Positions 37,590-51,152 of a stretch of 64,000 bases of DNA are shown in pieces. Under the pieces are notes generated by a model, which saw only the letters and a list, made by a program, of their open reading frames with translations, was not told the DNA's origin and ran no database searches. Each line of letters begins with the position of its first letter. The first letter of the stretch is position 1. The position numbers and the translations under genes were made by a program. Source of the DNA: Octopus vulgaris (lineage: Eukaryota). The stretch covers positions 78,120,001 through 78,184,000 of the forward strand of contig OX597828.1 of NCBI GenBank assembly GCA_951406725.2, in the 5' to 3' direction.

Positions 37590-38135
37590 TTTATATAGTA
37601 GTAAGCATCTGTTGGTCTTGAGAGGCCATGGATATGTACCCAAAGAAATCATGTCAGCTGCTGATGGTGGTGCAGTGTCTGTTTTGGCTTTAGAAGTCCA
37701 GATGAGAGTGGCAGCCATGCATACAGCAACTGCATTTAAAGGAGCTCTCTGCTGGCACTACTGGCTTTTCCTTCCACCAAGTGCACTTTTCTTTGATGGC
37801 AAGTTCCTGTTTTTCCCTTACTTCATCCCCTTTCACAGTATTTGTCTCCAGTGTGGGCAATCATTTGTGACCTCCTCCCCTCACTGAACATCCAGATCAA
37901 GTGACTTTATATTTCTCTTATAGACGTCCTTAAAACAAAAGAGGAGGTCATCCTTGTGCCAGTGGCCAATTCCCCATACAGGGATCTTTTGGGATCCTCC
38001 TGTCCAGCATTTGATGTACGTGACTGAGCCAGTGCAGATGATGCTGCTGGAGCAGGGTGAGAATACTGGGTATCATGGCGTGGTTGAGGACTTTTGTGCA
38101 TCTCAAATTCCAAAGGTGGATGGTATTCAGACATT
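37590..38135 (-). mobile_element. decayed RTE (BovB-like) LINE 3' end
   Basis: Frameshifted remnants of RIPKxLLYGELATGxR...FKDVxKRxMK on the minus strand. Confidence 0.55.
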
Positions 38136-41100
38136 ATGTGCTGAGAAGACCTGGCAAATAAAGTGAGTCCACAGCTGTAACCTACACTAGTGTGTTATAA
38201 CCAGCCCACTCAAAAGTACCTTGGGATCGTAGGGTGACATGCCATGCTTGAGGAGACCTATTGAGTCAAGTACATCAACATTAACAACAATATCAAAATC
38301 AAATCAAATGGAAATTGTAGTTGTGAGCCCTGTGCCAGTAGTACGTAAAAAGCACCATCTGATCATGGTCGAGGCCAGATCCTCTGGCCCCTGTGCCGGT
38401 GGCATGTAAAGAGCACCCACTACACTCTCGGAGTGGTTGGCATTAGGAAGGGCATCCAGCTGTAGAAACACTGCCAGATCAGATTGGAGTCTGGTGCAGC
38501 CTCCTGGCTTCATAGACCCCAGTCAAACCATCCAACCCATGCCAGCATGGAAAAACAGACGTTAAATGATGATGATGATGTTGATTCCTGTGTATTCAGA
38601 AATATATAGGAAATATATAACGTTATCTTTGATGTTTTACTTGATTCAGTCATAAATCTGCAGCCATGCTGGGCCACTACCTTGAAGAATTATTTGTTGA
38701 ATGAATCGATCCCAGTACTTATTCTGTTGGTCTCTTTTGCTGAACTGCTAGGTTATGGAGGATGTAAACACACCAACATTGGTGGTGGACAAACATAGGC
38801 ACAAAGATACACACACACACACATGTGATGGATGGACTACTTTAAGTTTTAGTCTATGAAATCCACTCCCAAGGCTTTGGTTGATCCAAAGCTTATAGTA
38901 GAAGACACTTGCCCAAGGTGCCACGCAGTGAGACTGAACCTGGAACCATGTGTTTGGGAGGCAAGTTTCTTACCACACAGCCATGCCTGTGTTAGTATAC
39001 ATTTAAATAAGTACATATGAGTGACCATCAAAACCTAGACCCCCCCCTCCCCCAAAAAATAACCTGTTGTGACAAACGGAAAGTATTTAAAAATCTAGAG
39101 AAGAAAAAGAAATGCCTTCTAATTATGTGTGGAAAAGTTCCTGGTTTTGGGTAAAAGAAAATACAGGAGGATCAGTTAATTACGATTTTATTCAACATAT
39201 TTCCCTCTCAGATTCTTACACATATATTGCAGCAGTCCTTCAGATTTTCTAAGCTGTATAAATGAACTTGGAAGCTTTGGCTTCCAACCAGACCTTTCAC
39301 GATAACCTTAAAGCCAGGAACTTTTCAGCACCTCCTCATGTGTAATCCCCCAAAAACGAAGAAAAAGCACTAGAAAAAAACAAAACAATGTGAGGACATG
39401 GTACATGCAAAGTATTAGCAGACATTCAGGGAAAGAAAGATTGTTTACATTTCGAGCAAAACTCTTCTTTAGAAATAGGAGACAGAGGAAAGTCCAAGAG
39501 AAAAGGAAGATGTAGGAAAAAAAAAGCGCCATATATATATACATGTACAGTAGGAGGCATTTTAAATCCAAATTAAAGGAACCAGTAGTAGTGGTGGTGG
39601 TTGCAATGGTGTCCTTATCTAGTATTCTACCTGGGTACATCTCCCATGTTTCTCACATATGAAACCCAAGAGGAGAGTAATAAACATTTCCCACCCTATC
39701 TTAGCATAAGGTATGCATTGTAGGCCACTGCCATCATGCTGAATAATGAGCCATATTGAACCAGCTTGCACCTTTACAGGTGCCAGTGCCACGTGAAATG
39801 CACTCATGCCAGTGCTGTGCAAGTGTGCTTGTGCCGGTGGCAAGTAAAAAGCATCTAGCACACTCTGTAAAGTGGTTGGCATTAGGAAGGGCCTCGTCCA
39901 GCCATGGAAACCATGCCACAGCAGGCAATTGGTACCTGAACAGCTCTCCAGCTGGCCAGCCCCATGTCAAACCGTCCAACCCATGCCAGCATGGAAAACA
40001 GATATTAAACGATAATGATGATGATATATATGTATTTTCTTTCTTTTTCTTTTATTTTTTTTTAGTCATTTGACAGTGGCCATGCTGGAGCACTGCCTTT
40101 AGTCGAACAAATCCACCCCTGGACTTATCTTATCGGTCTCTTTTGCTGAACTGGTAAATTACAGGGATGTAAACATGCTAGCATCAGTTGTCAAGTGATA
40201 GTGGGGGGGGGGAGGAAACACACATACGTATGTGTGTGTATATATACATATATGACAAGTTTCTTTAAGTTTTCCTTCTACCAAATCCACTCAAAAGGCT
40301 TTGGTCAGCCTGAGGCTATAGTAGAAGACACTTGCCCAAGGTGTCACACAGTGGGACTGAACCCTGACTATGTGGTTTGTAAGCAAGCTACTTACCACAT
40401 AGCCACTCCTGCACCTATATATATATATATATCTATATATATATACACACACACACACACTGTATATATATGTAGTTAGACAGGTGGCTGGATATATTGG
40501 TAGGTTGGTCATGTGCGTTGAAGTATGTACAGTGTGGTATATGTATATTAATGTGTAACCTAAATAGGATATTGCTAATTGAAATTAACAGAAATTAACA
40601 GTGTCAGTCAATTGACCTTGGGCTGGTTGACTTGAAAGATGAATTGAATGAAAGCACAATTCAGAAATATTTATTCTTGTTTGGATTAACCATACATATA
40701 AATAAACACCCCCACTTATTCATCTATCTATTCATCTGTATATCTAAATATCTGTTCAACTATACGTCTAATTATCTGTCTGTCTGCCTGCCTGTTTTTT
40801 TGTCTACCTATCTATCTGTCTGTGTATCTGTCTCTCTACCTAACTGCCTCTCTATCTGTCTGTCCATCTATGTCTATCCATCTATCTACCTATTGTCTGT
40901 CTGTGTAGCCAGCCATCTATCTGTCTGTTTATATATATCTGTCTATGTATCTATCTGTCTGTATCTATCTGTCTATCTATATGTATCTGTCTGTCTATCT
41001 ATCTACCTGCGTGTCTGTTTATCTATCCCTCTATCCATCTAATACACATGCACATACATATACATATATACATTTGTGTGAGTATGTAAATATGATGTTG

Positions 41101-41398
41101 TGTTTATCCAGGAGTACCTTATAATTTTCTATTTCCTGCGATTTACTTATTCGTCTTTTAGCTTTCATTTCCAGTTATGTTCCAAGACAGTGTTAGCTCA
41201 TTATCGTCATTGTCTAATTACTTGATCAATGCTTACTTAGCAATATTTAAATTACTACTTCACATCCTTTTGTTAATCCAGATTTTAACAATTATGGATG
41301 TTAAATGTTGGTAATGATGATGATATCCTAATCTATCTTGATTTTTGTTATTATTATTTTTCTTATTTTGTTTGTGTTTCTAGAGTCATCCCTCCAAA

Positions 41399-41523
41399 AT
41401 GGCCACAGTGGGAGAACAAATTCAGATTAGCAGTCACACAGTGGACAAGGTCACCAAGGCCAAAGTGACCTTGGAAAATTACTATACCAACCTGCTTATG
41501 CAACATGAAGAGCGGGAAATACG
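41399..41523 (+). CDS. STK38: NDR/tricornered serine/threonine kinase (STK38/STK38L family), first conserved coding exon (exon starts 41384)
   Basis: MATVGEQIQISSHTVDKVTKAKVTLENYYTNLLMQHEEREI(R) matches the NDR N-terminal regulatory (MOB-binding) motif S.HT...VT..KVTLENFYSNL..QHEERE.R. Acceptor tttgtgtttctag|, donor CG|gtaag, phase 2. Absent from the ORF track. Confidence 0.93.
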
Positions 41524-42387
41524 GTAAGCCATAGTTTTAATGCAAACGTCAGATTTTTTGTTGTTTTTCTTTTTTGTTTCCTTACAGTTTTCCTCTTTTA
41601 AAAACAGAACACAAATAACCAGAACATAGAAATGGACAGCAAAGAAACTTATTCTGTTTGATAACAAGTGTTAAGGAAATAACACACGCACACACACATG
41701 CACACACGCATACATACATATTATTATATTGAAATATGGCTGTGAGTTTAATTTTTGAATAGTTTTTCCTGTTTTTGGTTTGGTTTTGTATTAAGTTTAT
41801 AACAGTAAACTTTCAAAACTCCTCGTTATTGTAAAACCTCTGGCTTTTGTATCTTGGGAAGGTCGTTATGCCAATAATAGACACAAGCACAGGTTCAATT
41901 TCACTTCTTTATTATTCTTCAGTTAGTTAGCTGTTTGACCAATTAAATAATTAGTTGATTGATTAATCATTCAGTTAGCCAATCAATCAGTTTGTTGTGT
42001 TTGCCAAAATCCTTTCATCTTGTAGTAGACACAGTATATCATTGAACTCATGAATTGGTGGGGGGGGGGGGGGGGGAAACTCTATATGGTTGCTTAACTG
42101 GTAGAAATAGTAGGTGGGTCTCCCTCAGATGACATCTGTCACTAAAGTAGTCCTAGATACACCTCTGAAAAGACAGAGTGGTTATGACTGGAATGTTTTT
42201 GATCTCAACAGTCTGTTTGGTCAGAGGTGACTGGGAGACGAAACAACAACAACAACAGACCATCTTCAGTATGTAGCTCTTCTGACCTGCTTTGCTTCAT
42301 AGAAACTGTGATGATGTTGAAATCTTCAGTGTTGTTCTATATTTAAGAGATGAGGAATTACGTACATTATTTATATTATTTACATTC

Positions 42388-43532
42388 TGCCACATTCCAG
42401 GGAGAAAAACTAGAAATAGTTGATAGCTTCCGTTACCTAGGTGACCAAGTCAGTAGCGGGGGAAGGTGTGCTGAAAGTGTAACTGCTAGAGTAAGAATAG
42501 CTTGGGCAAAATTCAGAGAGCTCTTACCCCTGCTGGTGACAAAAGGCCTCTCGCTCAGAGTAAAAGGCAGACTGTATGACGTGTGTGTACGAACAGCCAT
42601 GCTACATGGCAGTGAAACATGGGCCGTGACTGCTGAGGATATGCATAAGCTTGCAAGAAATGAAGCCAGTATGCTTCGATGGATGTGTAATGTCAGTGTT
42701 CATACTCGACAGAGTGTAAGTACCTTGAGAGAAAAGTTGGACCTAAGAAGCATCAGTTGCGGTGTGCAAGAGAGACGTTTGCGCTGGTATGGACATGTAG
42801 CGAGAATTGATGAAGATAGTTGTGTGAAAAAGTGACACACCCTAGCGGTTGAGGGAACCTGTGGAAGAGGTAGACCCAGGAAAACCTGGTACGAGGTGGT
42901 GAAGCACGACCTTCAAACTTTAGGTCTCACCAAGGAAATGACTAGAGACCGAGACCTTTGGAAGTATGCTGTGCGTGAGAAGACCCGGCAGGACAAGTGA
43001 GACCATAACCCGTGGCCTCTACCTGGGATGTAGCCAGTCTACTTATGCATACCTTTCCTTCTTGGGACACAAAACTCTACTTGTGAAGACCTATTGAAGC
43101 AAGTGAAAATCTAAATCGATCAACATTAATGGAAATTGCAGCTGTGATACCAGTGCCAGTGGTACGTAAGAGAACCATCCGAACGTGGCCGTTGCCAGCG
43201 CCGCCCCGACTGGCCTCGTGCCGGTGGCACGTAAAAAGCACCATCTGATTGTGGCCGTTTCTAGCTTCGCCTGGCCCCCGTGCCGGCAGCACGTAAAAAG
43301 CACCATCCGATCGTGGCCGTTTGGCAGCCTCGTCTGGCACCTGTGCTGGTGGCACATAAAAAGCACTCACTACACTCACGGAGTGGTTGGCGTTAGGAAG
43401 GGCATCCAGCCATAGAAACATTGCTAGATCAGACTGGGCCTGGTACAGCCTTCTGGCTTCCCATAACCCCAGTTGAACCGTCCAACCCATGCTAGCATGG
43501 AAAGTGGACGCTAAACGATGATGATGATGATG
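42388..43532 (+). mobile_element. young 5'-truncated RTE LINE (C-terminal ORF part plus 3' UTR)
   Basis: VDSFRYLG...RIAWAKFRELLPLL...KGRLYD.CVR.AMLHGSETW...RRLRWYGHVAR, then GRPRKTW after one stop. (GAT)n tail; flanked by acattc on both sides. Confidence 0.9.
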
Positions 43533-43650
43533 ACATTCGACGGATATTTGTCCTCGTCTTGTTTGTTGTTTAACACGTAATAATAACAAAGTAATAATAA
43601 CATCGAAGAATACCTTTGGAATGAGAACCCAGATTCGAAATTTCCCCAAG

Positions 43651-43690
43651 ACACCTGAAGAAAGCTGGAGGGTATATCAACTGAAACGTT
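43651..43690 (+). ncRNA. decayed minimal hammerhead
   Basis: ACAC-CTGAAGA-A-AGCTG..CAACT-GAAA-CGTT. The 3' stem I strand GTGT is missing here but present at the start of the inverted arm (aacac at ~43572-43576). Confidence 0.55.
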
Positions 43691-44642
43691 AACAACAAAC
43701 AAGATGAGGACAAATATCTGTCGAATGTATATAATGTAAATAATATCTTCAGTGTTGTCTCTACGGTGTGATGACGATTAGGTCAAGTGTTGAATCCCTG
43801 ATCACACGCAGTAGAGGGATCAGGTCATTCCTTTAGTCTTAGTACTACTTCAGATGATCTCCCTAGTGCTGATGGTGTTAAAATTACCAAACCTTGTCGT
43901 AGAGCTGTTTGTGTTATGAAGGGCATCCATCTGTGAAAACTCTGACCTGCACTATAAAAAAAACAGTAGTTTTTCTCTATCGCCTTGTGTAACAATGGAT
44001 TGAAAAAAAAAGGTGGGTAGTCACTGTATGGCTATAGATCTGTCCAAGCCATGCCAGCATAAAAAAAGTGGCTTTAAAACCATGATGATGGCAGTTAGAG
44101 TGGTTGATGTGGTGACGGGGAGTGTGGTTACGGCAGTCACACTCTTACATGTTTACACTGGACTAAAAGAATGGGAAACTTTGTTTTAATTTGCTTGGTG
44201 TGTGTGTGTGTGTGTTGTCTTTATTTTTACTTTGGTCTGACTAACAGTGTGTAGGTACGTGGGTGTGCAAGGGTAGGGTTGAGGGAGGGGTGATAAGGTA
44301 GAAGTGCAAGAATGTAAGCTGGCAGAATCGGTCATCTATTGTTGGAGTCCATTTCCATATGAGTGGGACACAGCAAACAGTGAGGTTACACTTATGTGTG
44401 TTTTGGGGTGAGCTTCAAACACAACCTCAACAGAGAAAAAAACCCCAAAATCTATAAGACATTATACTAGAGCTTTTAACGTTGCTATACTCACACATAT
44501 TTTATATATATATATGTCATACATGTATGTATATGTGTATACTCATACATACACACGTGTGTGTTTGTGCGTCTGTTTGCATAATCTAGTCATAAATACA
44601 CAGTGATCCACAAGTAAGTCAACATTTGAACATGCTTTACAG

Positions 44643-44674
<32 letters not shown>

Positions 44675-45119
44675 CTATACATGAAGTTATTTTTTTCCCC
44701 CAATTCTGTGTTTTTTCTCCTCTCATTCCCCCTGTCTTCCACCACCACCACTATCCGCACCGCAGTCCCTTTCAACACCACCCACACCCCACCAACCTTA
44801 CCATCACTATCACTATGACTCCTCCTCCACCACCACCATTTCCACAATCGGAATATATTCTCATCACCATTTATTGTTATTGTGAATCTTTATTGTAACT
44901 GACATCAGACTGTAGTTTCTTGTATGACTAATCTCTGTTCTTCCTTATGAGTCATCTTTGAAACAACCAATGAGCGTTAAGAATGTTACTGGTTCCTCTT
45001 TGGAATTGGTTGGTTCTCCATAGTGGTTCTCTTTACAGTTATTCCATTATTTATTTGTCTGCACTGCAAAAGCAGTTGAATAGTTTTATGGCTTAATAAG
45101 TATTTCATGTCTTATGCTA

Positions 45120-45445
45120 CTGGTGGCACACTGATGTGTTGTGGCACATTAGTGTGACACGCTGGCATTTCGTAACACGCTGGTGTGTTGTGACATGTTA
45201 GTGTTATTATGACACTCTGGTGTGCTGTGGCATATAGGTGGGTCGTGACATGCTGGCAAGTCGTGACATGCTGGTGGGTCGTGGCATGCTGGTAAGTCGT
45301 GACATGCTGGTGGGTCGTGGCACACTAGTATTATAGAACACTGGTGCTTGGGAACACACTGGTGTGTGATAGCATGCTGGTGTGCCATGGCATGTTGGTG
45401 CATATGTAGTGGCACATTTGTGCATTGTGAAAGACTGGTGTGCTG
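45120..45445. repeat. degenerate 18-bp minisatellite
   Basis: Units such as gtcgtgacatgctggtgg / gtcgtgacatgctggcaa, best preserved at 45243-45320. Confidence 0.7.
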
Positions 45446-46614
45446 CAAGATCCAACTCAACCCACTGTTAGAAAAAAAAAATTCCTAATTTAGGCTCACA
45501 GTTATTAATTTCAGTTGTAGTGGAGAGGCTTTGTTAATTAAATCGACCCTGGTACTTGAATGGTACTTTATATTGGCCTTGAAGAGCTGAAAGACCATAG
45601 TTACCCTTGGTGAGATTCAAATAAGGGCCATCATAATAAATATCACAAGGTATTTCATATGGCATGCAAACAATTCTGCTAATCCCCTCCCATTCACTCT
45701 TACACCATGGAAATAATAAAATTCTATTTTAAAAGAAAACTGCAAAATATAGAGACTATAATTTGAAATGTGACATCTTCATAATAATTATACTTCTTTT
45801 ATTCAATAAAGAAGCAATTAATTTTCTGTAATTTAAATTATATTTATAGTTTCATTGTACCTAAACTCAAAAGAACATTAAGAAATGTATTTATATCTTT
45901 TAAATTTCTGTGGCTGTGTGGTTAAGGAGTTTGTTTTGCGACTGTGTAGTTTCAGGTTCAGTCCTACTGTGTGGCACTGAGGGCAGGCGTTTTCTATTAT
46001 AGCCCTGGGCTAACCGATGCCTTGTGAATGAATTTGGAAGATTGAAACTGTGTGGAAGACTTATGTATATATATAAAGAATGTTCCATATTTGTATTGAG
46101 TCCTATAATTTATAGCTTGTGGTGAATCAACAGATATATATATATATGGTTCTGGATTCAGTCCCACTGTGTGGCACCTTAGGCAAGTGTCTTCTACTAT
46201 AGCCTCAGGCCAACCAAATCCTTGTGAGTGGATTTGGTAGACGGAAACTGAAAGAAGCTCATCGCATATACACACACACATATATGTGTGTGTGTTTGTC
46301 CCCCCAACATCGCTTGACAACCGATGCTAGTGTGTTTATGTCCCTGTCACTTCGTGGTTCGGCAATAAGGACCGATAGAATAAGTACTAGGCTTACAAAG
46401 AATAAGTCCTAGGGTCAATTTGCTCAACTAAAGGCGGTGCTCCAGCAAGGCCACAGTCAAATGACTGAAACGAATAATAGAATATATATATAAAATGAGC
46501 TAGGAGAAATAATAAATGGCCAATGACATTTATAAAAATAACATAAACAAATGTAGGTATATTAAATACCATAAATTAAAAATTCCTGATTTAATAACAT
46601 TATCTCTATCTCTA

Positions 46615-46830
46615 AGGTGGCGAGCTGGCAGACTCGTAAGCACGTCGAGCGAAATGCTTAGTGGCATTTCATCTGCCACTATGTTCTGAGTTCAAATTCT
46701 GCCAAGGTTGGCTTTACCTTTCATCTTTTCAGTGTCGATAAATTAAGTACCAGTTGTATACTGGGGTCGATCTCATCTTCTTGCCCTTTTCCCCTAAATT
46801 TTAGGCCTTGTGCCTATAGTAGAAAAGATT
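46615..46830 (+). mobile_element. tRNA-derived SINE (family 2)
   Basis: ggcgagctggcaga...gagttcaaattc...cctttcatc..ttc.g.gtcgataaattaagtaccag. Copies at 47845-48030, 53500-53700, 53712-53935, 60400-60590, 60610-60820 and 19540-19735 (-). Confidence 0.75.
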
Positions 46831-46953
46831 ATCTCTGCCTCCAGAAGATGTATCATCATTACCAAATAATAATTAAAATCAGTTTCACTTGAGAGCAAAT
46901 AGTGATTGTGGATTATTTCCATATATTTTTCAATGTTTCTTTGTATTCTTCAG

Positions 46954-47005
46954 GTATCGTATGCTTGAGCAGTCAATGGAAGAAGAAGGACTTTCTGAAG
47001 AGCAG
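46954..47005 (+). CDS. STK38: NDR/tricornered kinase, second coding exon (52 nt)
   Basis: (R)YRMLEQSMEEEGLSEEQ continues the NDR motif R..KLE..MEEEGL.DEE. Acceptor ttgtattcttcag|, donor CAG|gtaaat; phase matches the previous exon. The next expected exon (..HA.KETEFLRLKR..) was not found in the window. Confidence 0.92.
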
Positions 47006-50000
47006 GTAAATAATAATAATAATAATAATTTTACTTCTTTCCTTTTTTTGTAAGGCCCATGTTGTTATTTTCTTTGGGAAATTCTCTGTTTGAGTCCTCT
47101 TCGCCATTAAGAAAAAAAAAATTAAATAAATGTGAGGAAGGATAAGAAATTTTTGCAGAACTACAGAAATATATTTCTTAATAGGCACTGGCATGGCTAT
47201 GTAGTAAGAAGTTTGTTTCTCAATCACATGGTTACAGGTTCAATCCCGATGTGTAGCTCCTTGGGCCAGTATTTTCTACCAAAGCTTTTGTTTCCAAGCT
47301 TCTGTGAAAACATATTTGGGTATAGGGAATCTTACCTTTCTTGGAAACAAGTGCAGGTTGGTGTGAAGAATGCTCCCTGGCTGTAAAACATCTGCCTCAA
47401 CAGATTCCATCCAACCCATGACAACATGGAAAAGTGGATGTTAAAACAGTGATGCTGTTGATTGTGTGTGTGTGTGTGTGTTACTGTCTGCTTGCCTTGA
47501 CATTGTGTGATGGATGTAAATGAGTGCCACTGTCCTGCAGGCGGTGTCCTTCATTTCCAATCTTCCTTGAACACAATGTCTGGTCATGGAGAAAAATTAC
47601 CTTACTTGGAAACAGATGAGGGTTGGCAACAGGAAGGGCATCCAGCTATTGAAAACTCCCTCTGACCCATTGTCTGACCCATTCAACCATGGAAAAGTGG
47701 ACATTAAAATGATGGTCATGATGATGATGATGATGATACCATATCTGCACAGATTATTTTGTAGCGCTGCCATCATTCAGTTCTGTGGCCAATTTGGTTG
47801 AAATACCTTGTTTGACTTTTACAGCTGTTCTTCCTCATCAAAGTGGCAAGCCGGGCGAAATGCTTAGCGGTATTTCGTCTGTCTTTATGTTCTGAGTTCA
47901 GATTCTGCCGAGGTCAACTTTGCCGTTCATCCTTTTGGGATCGATAAATTAAGTACCAGTTGCATAGTGGGCTCGATCAAATCGACTGACCCTCTCCCCA
48001 AAAAATTCGGGCCTTGTGCCTAGAATAGGAAAGGAAAGAAAACCTGTTCTTCCTCACCCCCCCCTCTCTATTTCTATTTCTTGATATTGCAGTTGCTTTA
48101 ACTAATGAATTGAGTTTGAAAAACTTATGTTATGGAGGTTATCAATCAAAATCACAATTTAATTGTTTTTTTCTGACTGGGTTCCCTAAATTAAATCATA
48201 ATAAAGACTTAACTATTGTTTTTTCATGCAGAAAGTGTCTCTGAATTATTTAATTTCTGAATAGTTCTATTTTCCAACATCAACAAATGTAGTTTCTTAT
48301 ACATAAGGATTTCTTTCTCTCTACGTTTACTATTATGCTATATTGATGAGCTCAATATAAGATTGAAATATGTTTGGAGTTGTTTCCCATGCTTGGTCAT
48401 TGACTGATATCATTTCCTTTCCCTCCCACCTTTTCACAACTTATTTCTAGTTAGATTTTTGTTAATCTCCTATATAAAACATGTTAACATTGACTTACCT
48501 CCAGACACTAACGACTACCTAATTTAGACAGAAATATTGGACAACCACTTACACACACTGAAGCATGCATACTCACACTTTTGGCCTTCGTTTGTGGCTC
48601 TGGACTAACTGATGACTTGAGAGTGGATTTGCTGGATGGAAATTGAAAGAAGCCTGTTGTGTGTGTGTGTGTGTATATGCACATATATATAGATATACAC
48701 ATACATATATACGCACACACACATGCACACGTGTGTATTTGTGTGGGAGTATGTGAGAGTTTGTCTCCTTGTCTTGACATCTTATCATCATCATCATCAT
48801 CATCGTTTAACATCCACTTTCCATGCTAGCAGGGGTTGGATGATTTTGACTGAGGGCTGGTGAGCCAGATGGCTGCACCAGGCTCCAATCTTGATCTGGC
48901 AGAGTTTCTACAGCTGGATGCCCTTCCTAACGCCAACCACTCCGAGAGTGTAGTGGGTGCTTTTTACGTGCCACCGGCACGAGGGCCAGTCAGAACTGGC
49001 AATGACCTCGCTCAAATCTTTTTACACATGCCACCGGCACAGGTGCCAGTGAAGCGGCGTTGGTAACGATCACGCTCGAATGGTGCCCTTTTACGTGCCA
49101 TGGGTACGGAAGCTGCTCTGGCAACGATCACGCTCGGATGGTGCTCTTGGTACCCTACTAGCACAGGCATAAGTGCCAGTAAGGTGACGCTGGTAACGTT
49201 CTTACTCGAATAGCCGCTCTGTCAACGATCACACTCGTATGGTGCTCTGTGCACCCTGCTAGCACAAATGCCAGTCATCGAATTGATTTTGATTTCACTT
49301 GCCTCAACAGGTCTTCACAAGCAGAGTTTAGTGATCAAAGAAGGAAAGGTACGCATAAGTGGGCTGGTTACGCTCCTGGCATAGGCCACAGGTTATGGTC
49401 TCATATGGCTTGCCGGGTCTTCTCAAGCACAGCGTATTTCCAAAGGTTGTTGTAAATGAATGCTATTCATTTCCAATATTCTGTGAAAACATGTTTGACC
49501 ATGAAGAAGCCTTACATTATTTGGAAACAGGTGAGTGTTGGTGACAGAAAGGGCATCCAGGTGTAGAAAATCTGCCTGAGTAAACTCCATCTAATTCATG
49601 CAAGCATTGAAAAATGGATATTAGAAATGATGACACTCTCTCCCTCACATCATGCACACACACATACAGATCATCAAAAGTATTCAATATTTAAAAAAAA
49701 AATTATTTTTATAATTCTTTCCTTTAATCCATTTCATTCTGACCACTCTACCTTCTGCCATTCCTTCTGTGATAGAAATATTTTTTTAGAATGTTTATAT
49801 TTAAATATAAACCTTTTTTGCCAGAGCATTTCATTAAGTTATAAATTCCCAGCTATGAGACCCCCTTCAATCATGACTGACCATGGGATTGCACCTAGAA
49901 AGTTACCCTCCCAGGCACAAGTCCAGGCAAGGTTGTTTATGGAAGACCAGCAGTTGCCCATGCATACCGGCTTCCCTTCTCCATGCCACCAATGTTATCC

Positions 50001-50933
50001 AAGGGAAAGGCAAAGGCCGATACGGCTTGGCACATGTGACATCACAACTCATTTCTACAGCTGAGTGCACTGGAACAACGTGAAATAAAGTGTCTTGCTC
50101 AAGAACACAACACACAGCCCAGTCCAGGATTTGAACTCACAACCTCACGATCGTAAGCTTGACGCTCTAACCACTGAGTCATGCGCCTTCACAAAACTCC
50201 CAACTAAATACCATGTTTTCTGGCATACAAGTCGAATTGTTCAGACCAAGAAAGAGAGCCAAACGAAAAGCAGGTCAGCTTTACATGGAGACAATTTTGG
50301 AGGACCAAAAATTTCATATGAACAGCAACAAGATTTGGAAAGATAGTGACATTGTTTGAATGCTAACACAATATGTTGTGTGCTAGATAATATAGTAATG
50401 AAGAATTTATCTTCTACTAAATTCCTTTCAGTTCTTGATTATTTTCAAATATTAATTGAAACCCATGGACAGCCTACTGCGTTAGTTAAATGATCACAAA
50501 AGAGTTGATCTAGCTGTTGCATCAAATTACATCCTCCCCCCCTCCTTCCGTACACATCTTCCCACTTTATCTCAACCTAAAGATAAAACTTAATTAGTTT
50601 TAGCGTTGTTATTCTAAAGAAAGTTGTTAGTGGTGTTGCAGTCGTGGTGGTAGTGATATTGCAGTTGTGGTGGTTTCATCGGTGTTGGCGATGGCGCTCC
50701 TTGTTATATGATTGTGGTCTTACTGGTTGCTGGTATTGTTTAACCCCAGGTAATCCTTTTTTTGAATAAACCTGTGATCAAAGGCATTGCAGCCTTAATC
50801 AAGCGGTCACGTTGTTCTAACATAAACATACTTTGAACTACATTATCCAATGTGTCAATTTCATTTTAAAGACAAAAGTGTAATTTGAGGGAGATTTGGT
50901 TGCTATTTCTAGGTGGTGCATAACCATGTAGAG

Positions 50934-51152
50934 CAAGAATGGGCAACTTTCCCTCAACTGGGGGCCGCATTGTACCATCTCCAAGTGGGAGAGGGCCGAA
51001 TGATAAAACATATGCATGAAATATTACTTGCCCACTTTATGCTGAAATTTTTGCAGTTCTTGTTTTATTTGTCTTAGTATGAAATTAGTAACCCAGAAAC
51101 ATGTTGAGGGCCGCACAACAACATGTTGAGGGCCGCAGGTTGCCCAAACATG
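50934..51152. mobile_element. hAT-type MITE
   Basis: TIRs caagaatgggcaac / gttgcccaaacatg; 8-bp TSD atgtagag / atttagag (1 mismatch); internal gggccgca repeats. Confidence 0.7.

Larger units (their letters stand above)
42322..43758. mobile_element. HHR-bearing PLE relic with inverted arm and 14-bp target-site duplication, interrupted by an RTE LINE
   Basis: TSD atcttcagtgttgt at 42322-42335 and 43745-43758. The left arm (42336-42387 + 43533-43577) is the reverse complement of 43691-43744 and its continuation. Confidence 0.75.

Noticed and set aside
43140-43380. Regularly spaced ggcacgtaaaaagcacc repeats resembling a CRISPR array (also 7540-7720, 21750-22100, 56250-56460)
   Set aside because: The spacers are homologous to each other, the array is the 3' UTR of a eukaryotic RTE LINE, and there are no cas genes.
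45149-45460. ORF with CHDPPA/CHDLPA repeats resembling a metal-binding repeat protein
   Set aside because: Simple translation of an 18-bp minisatellite, antisense within an intron, with no exon signals.
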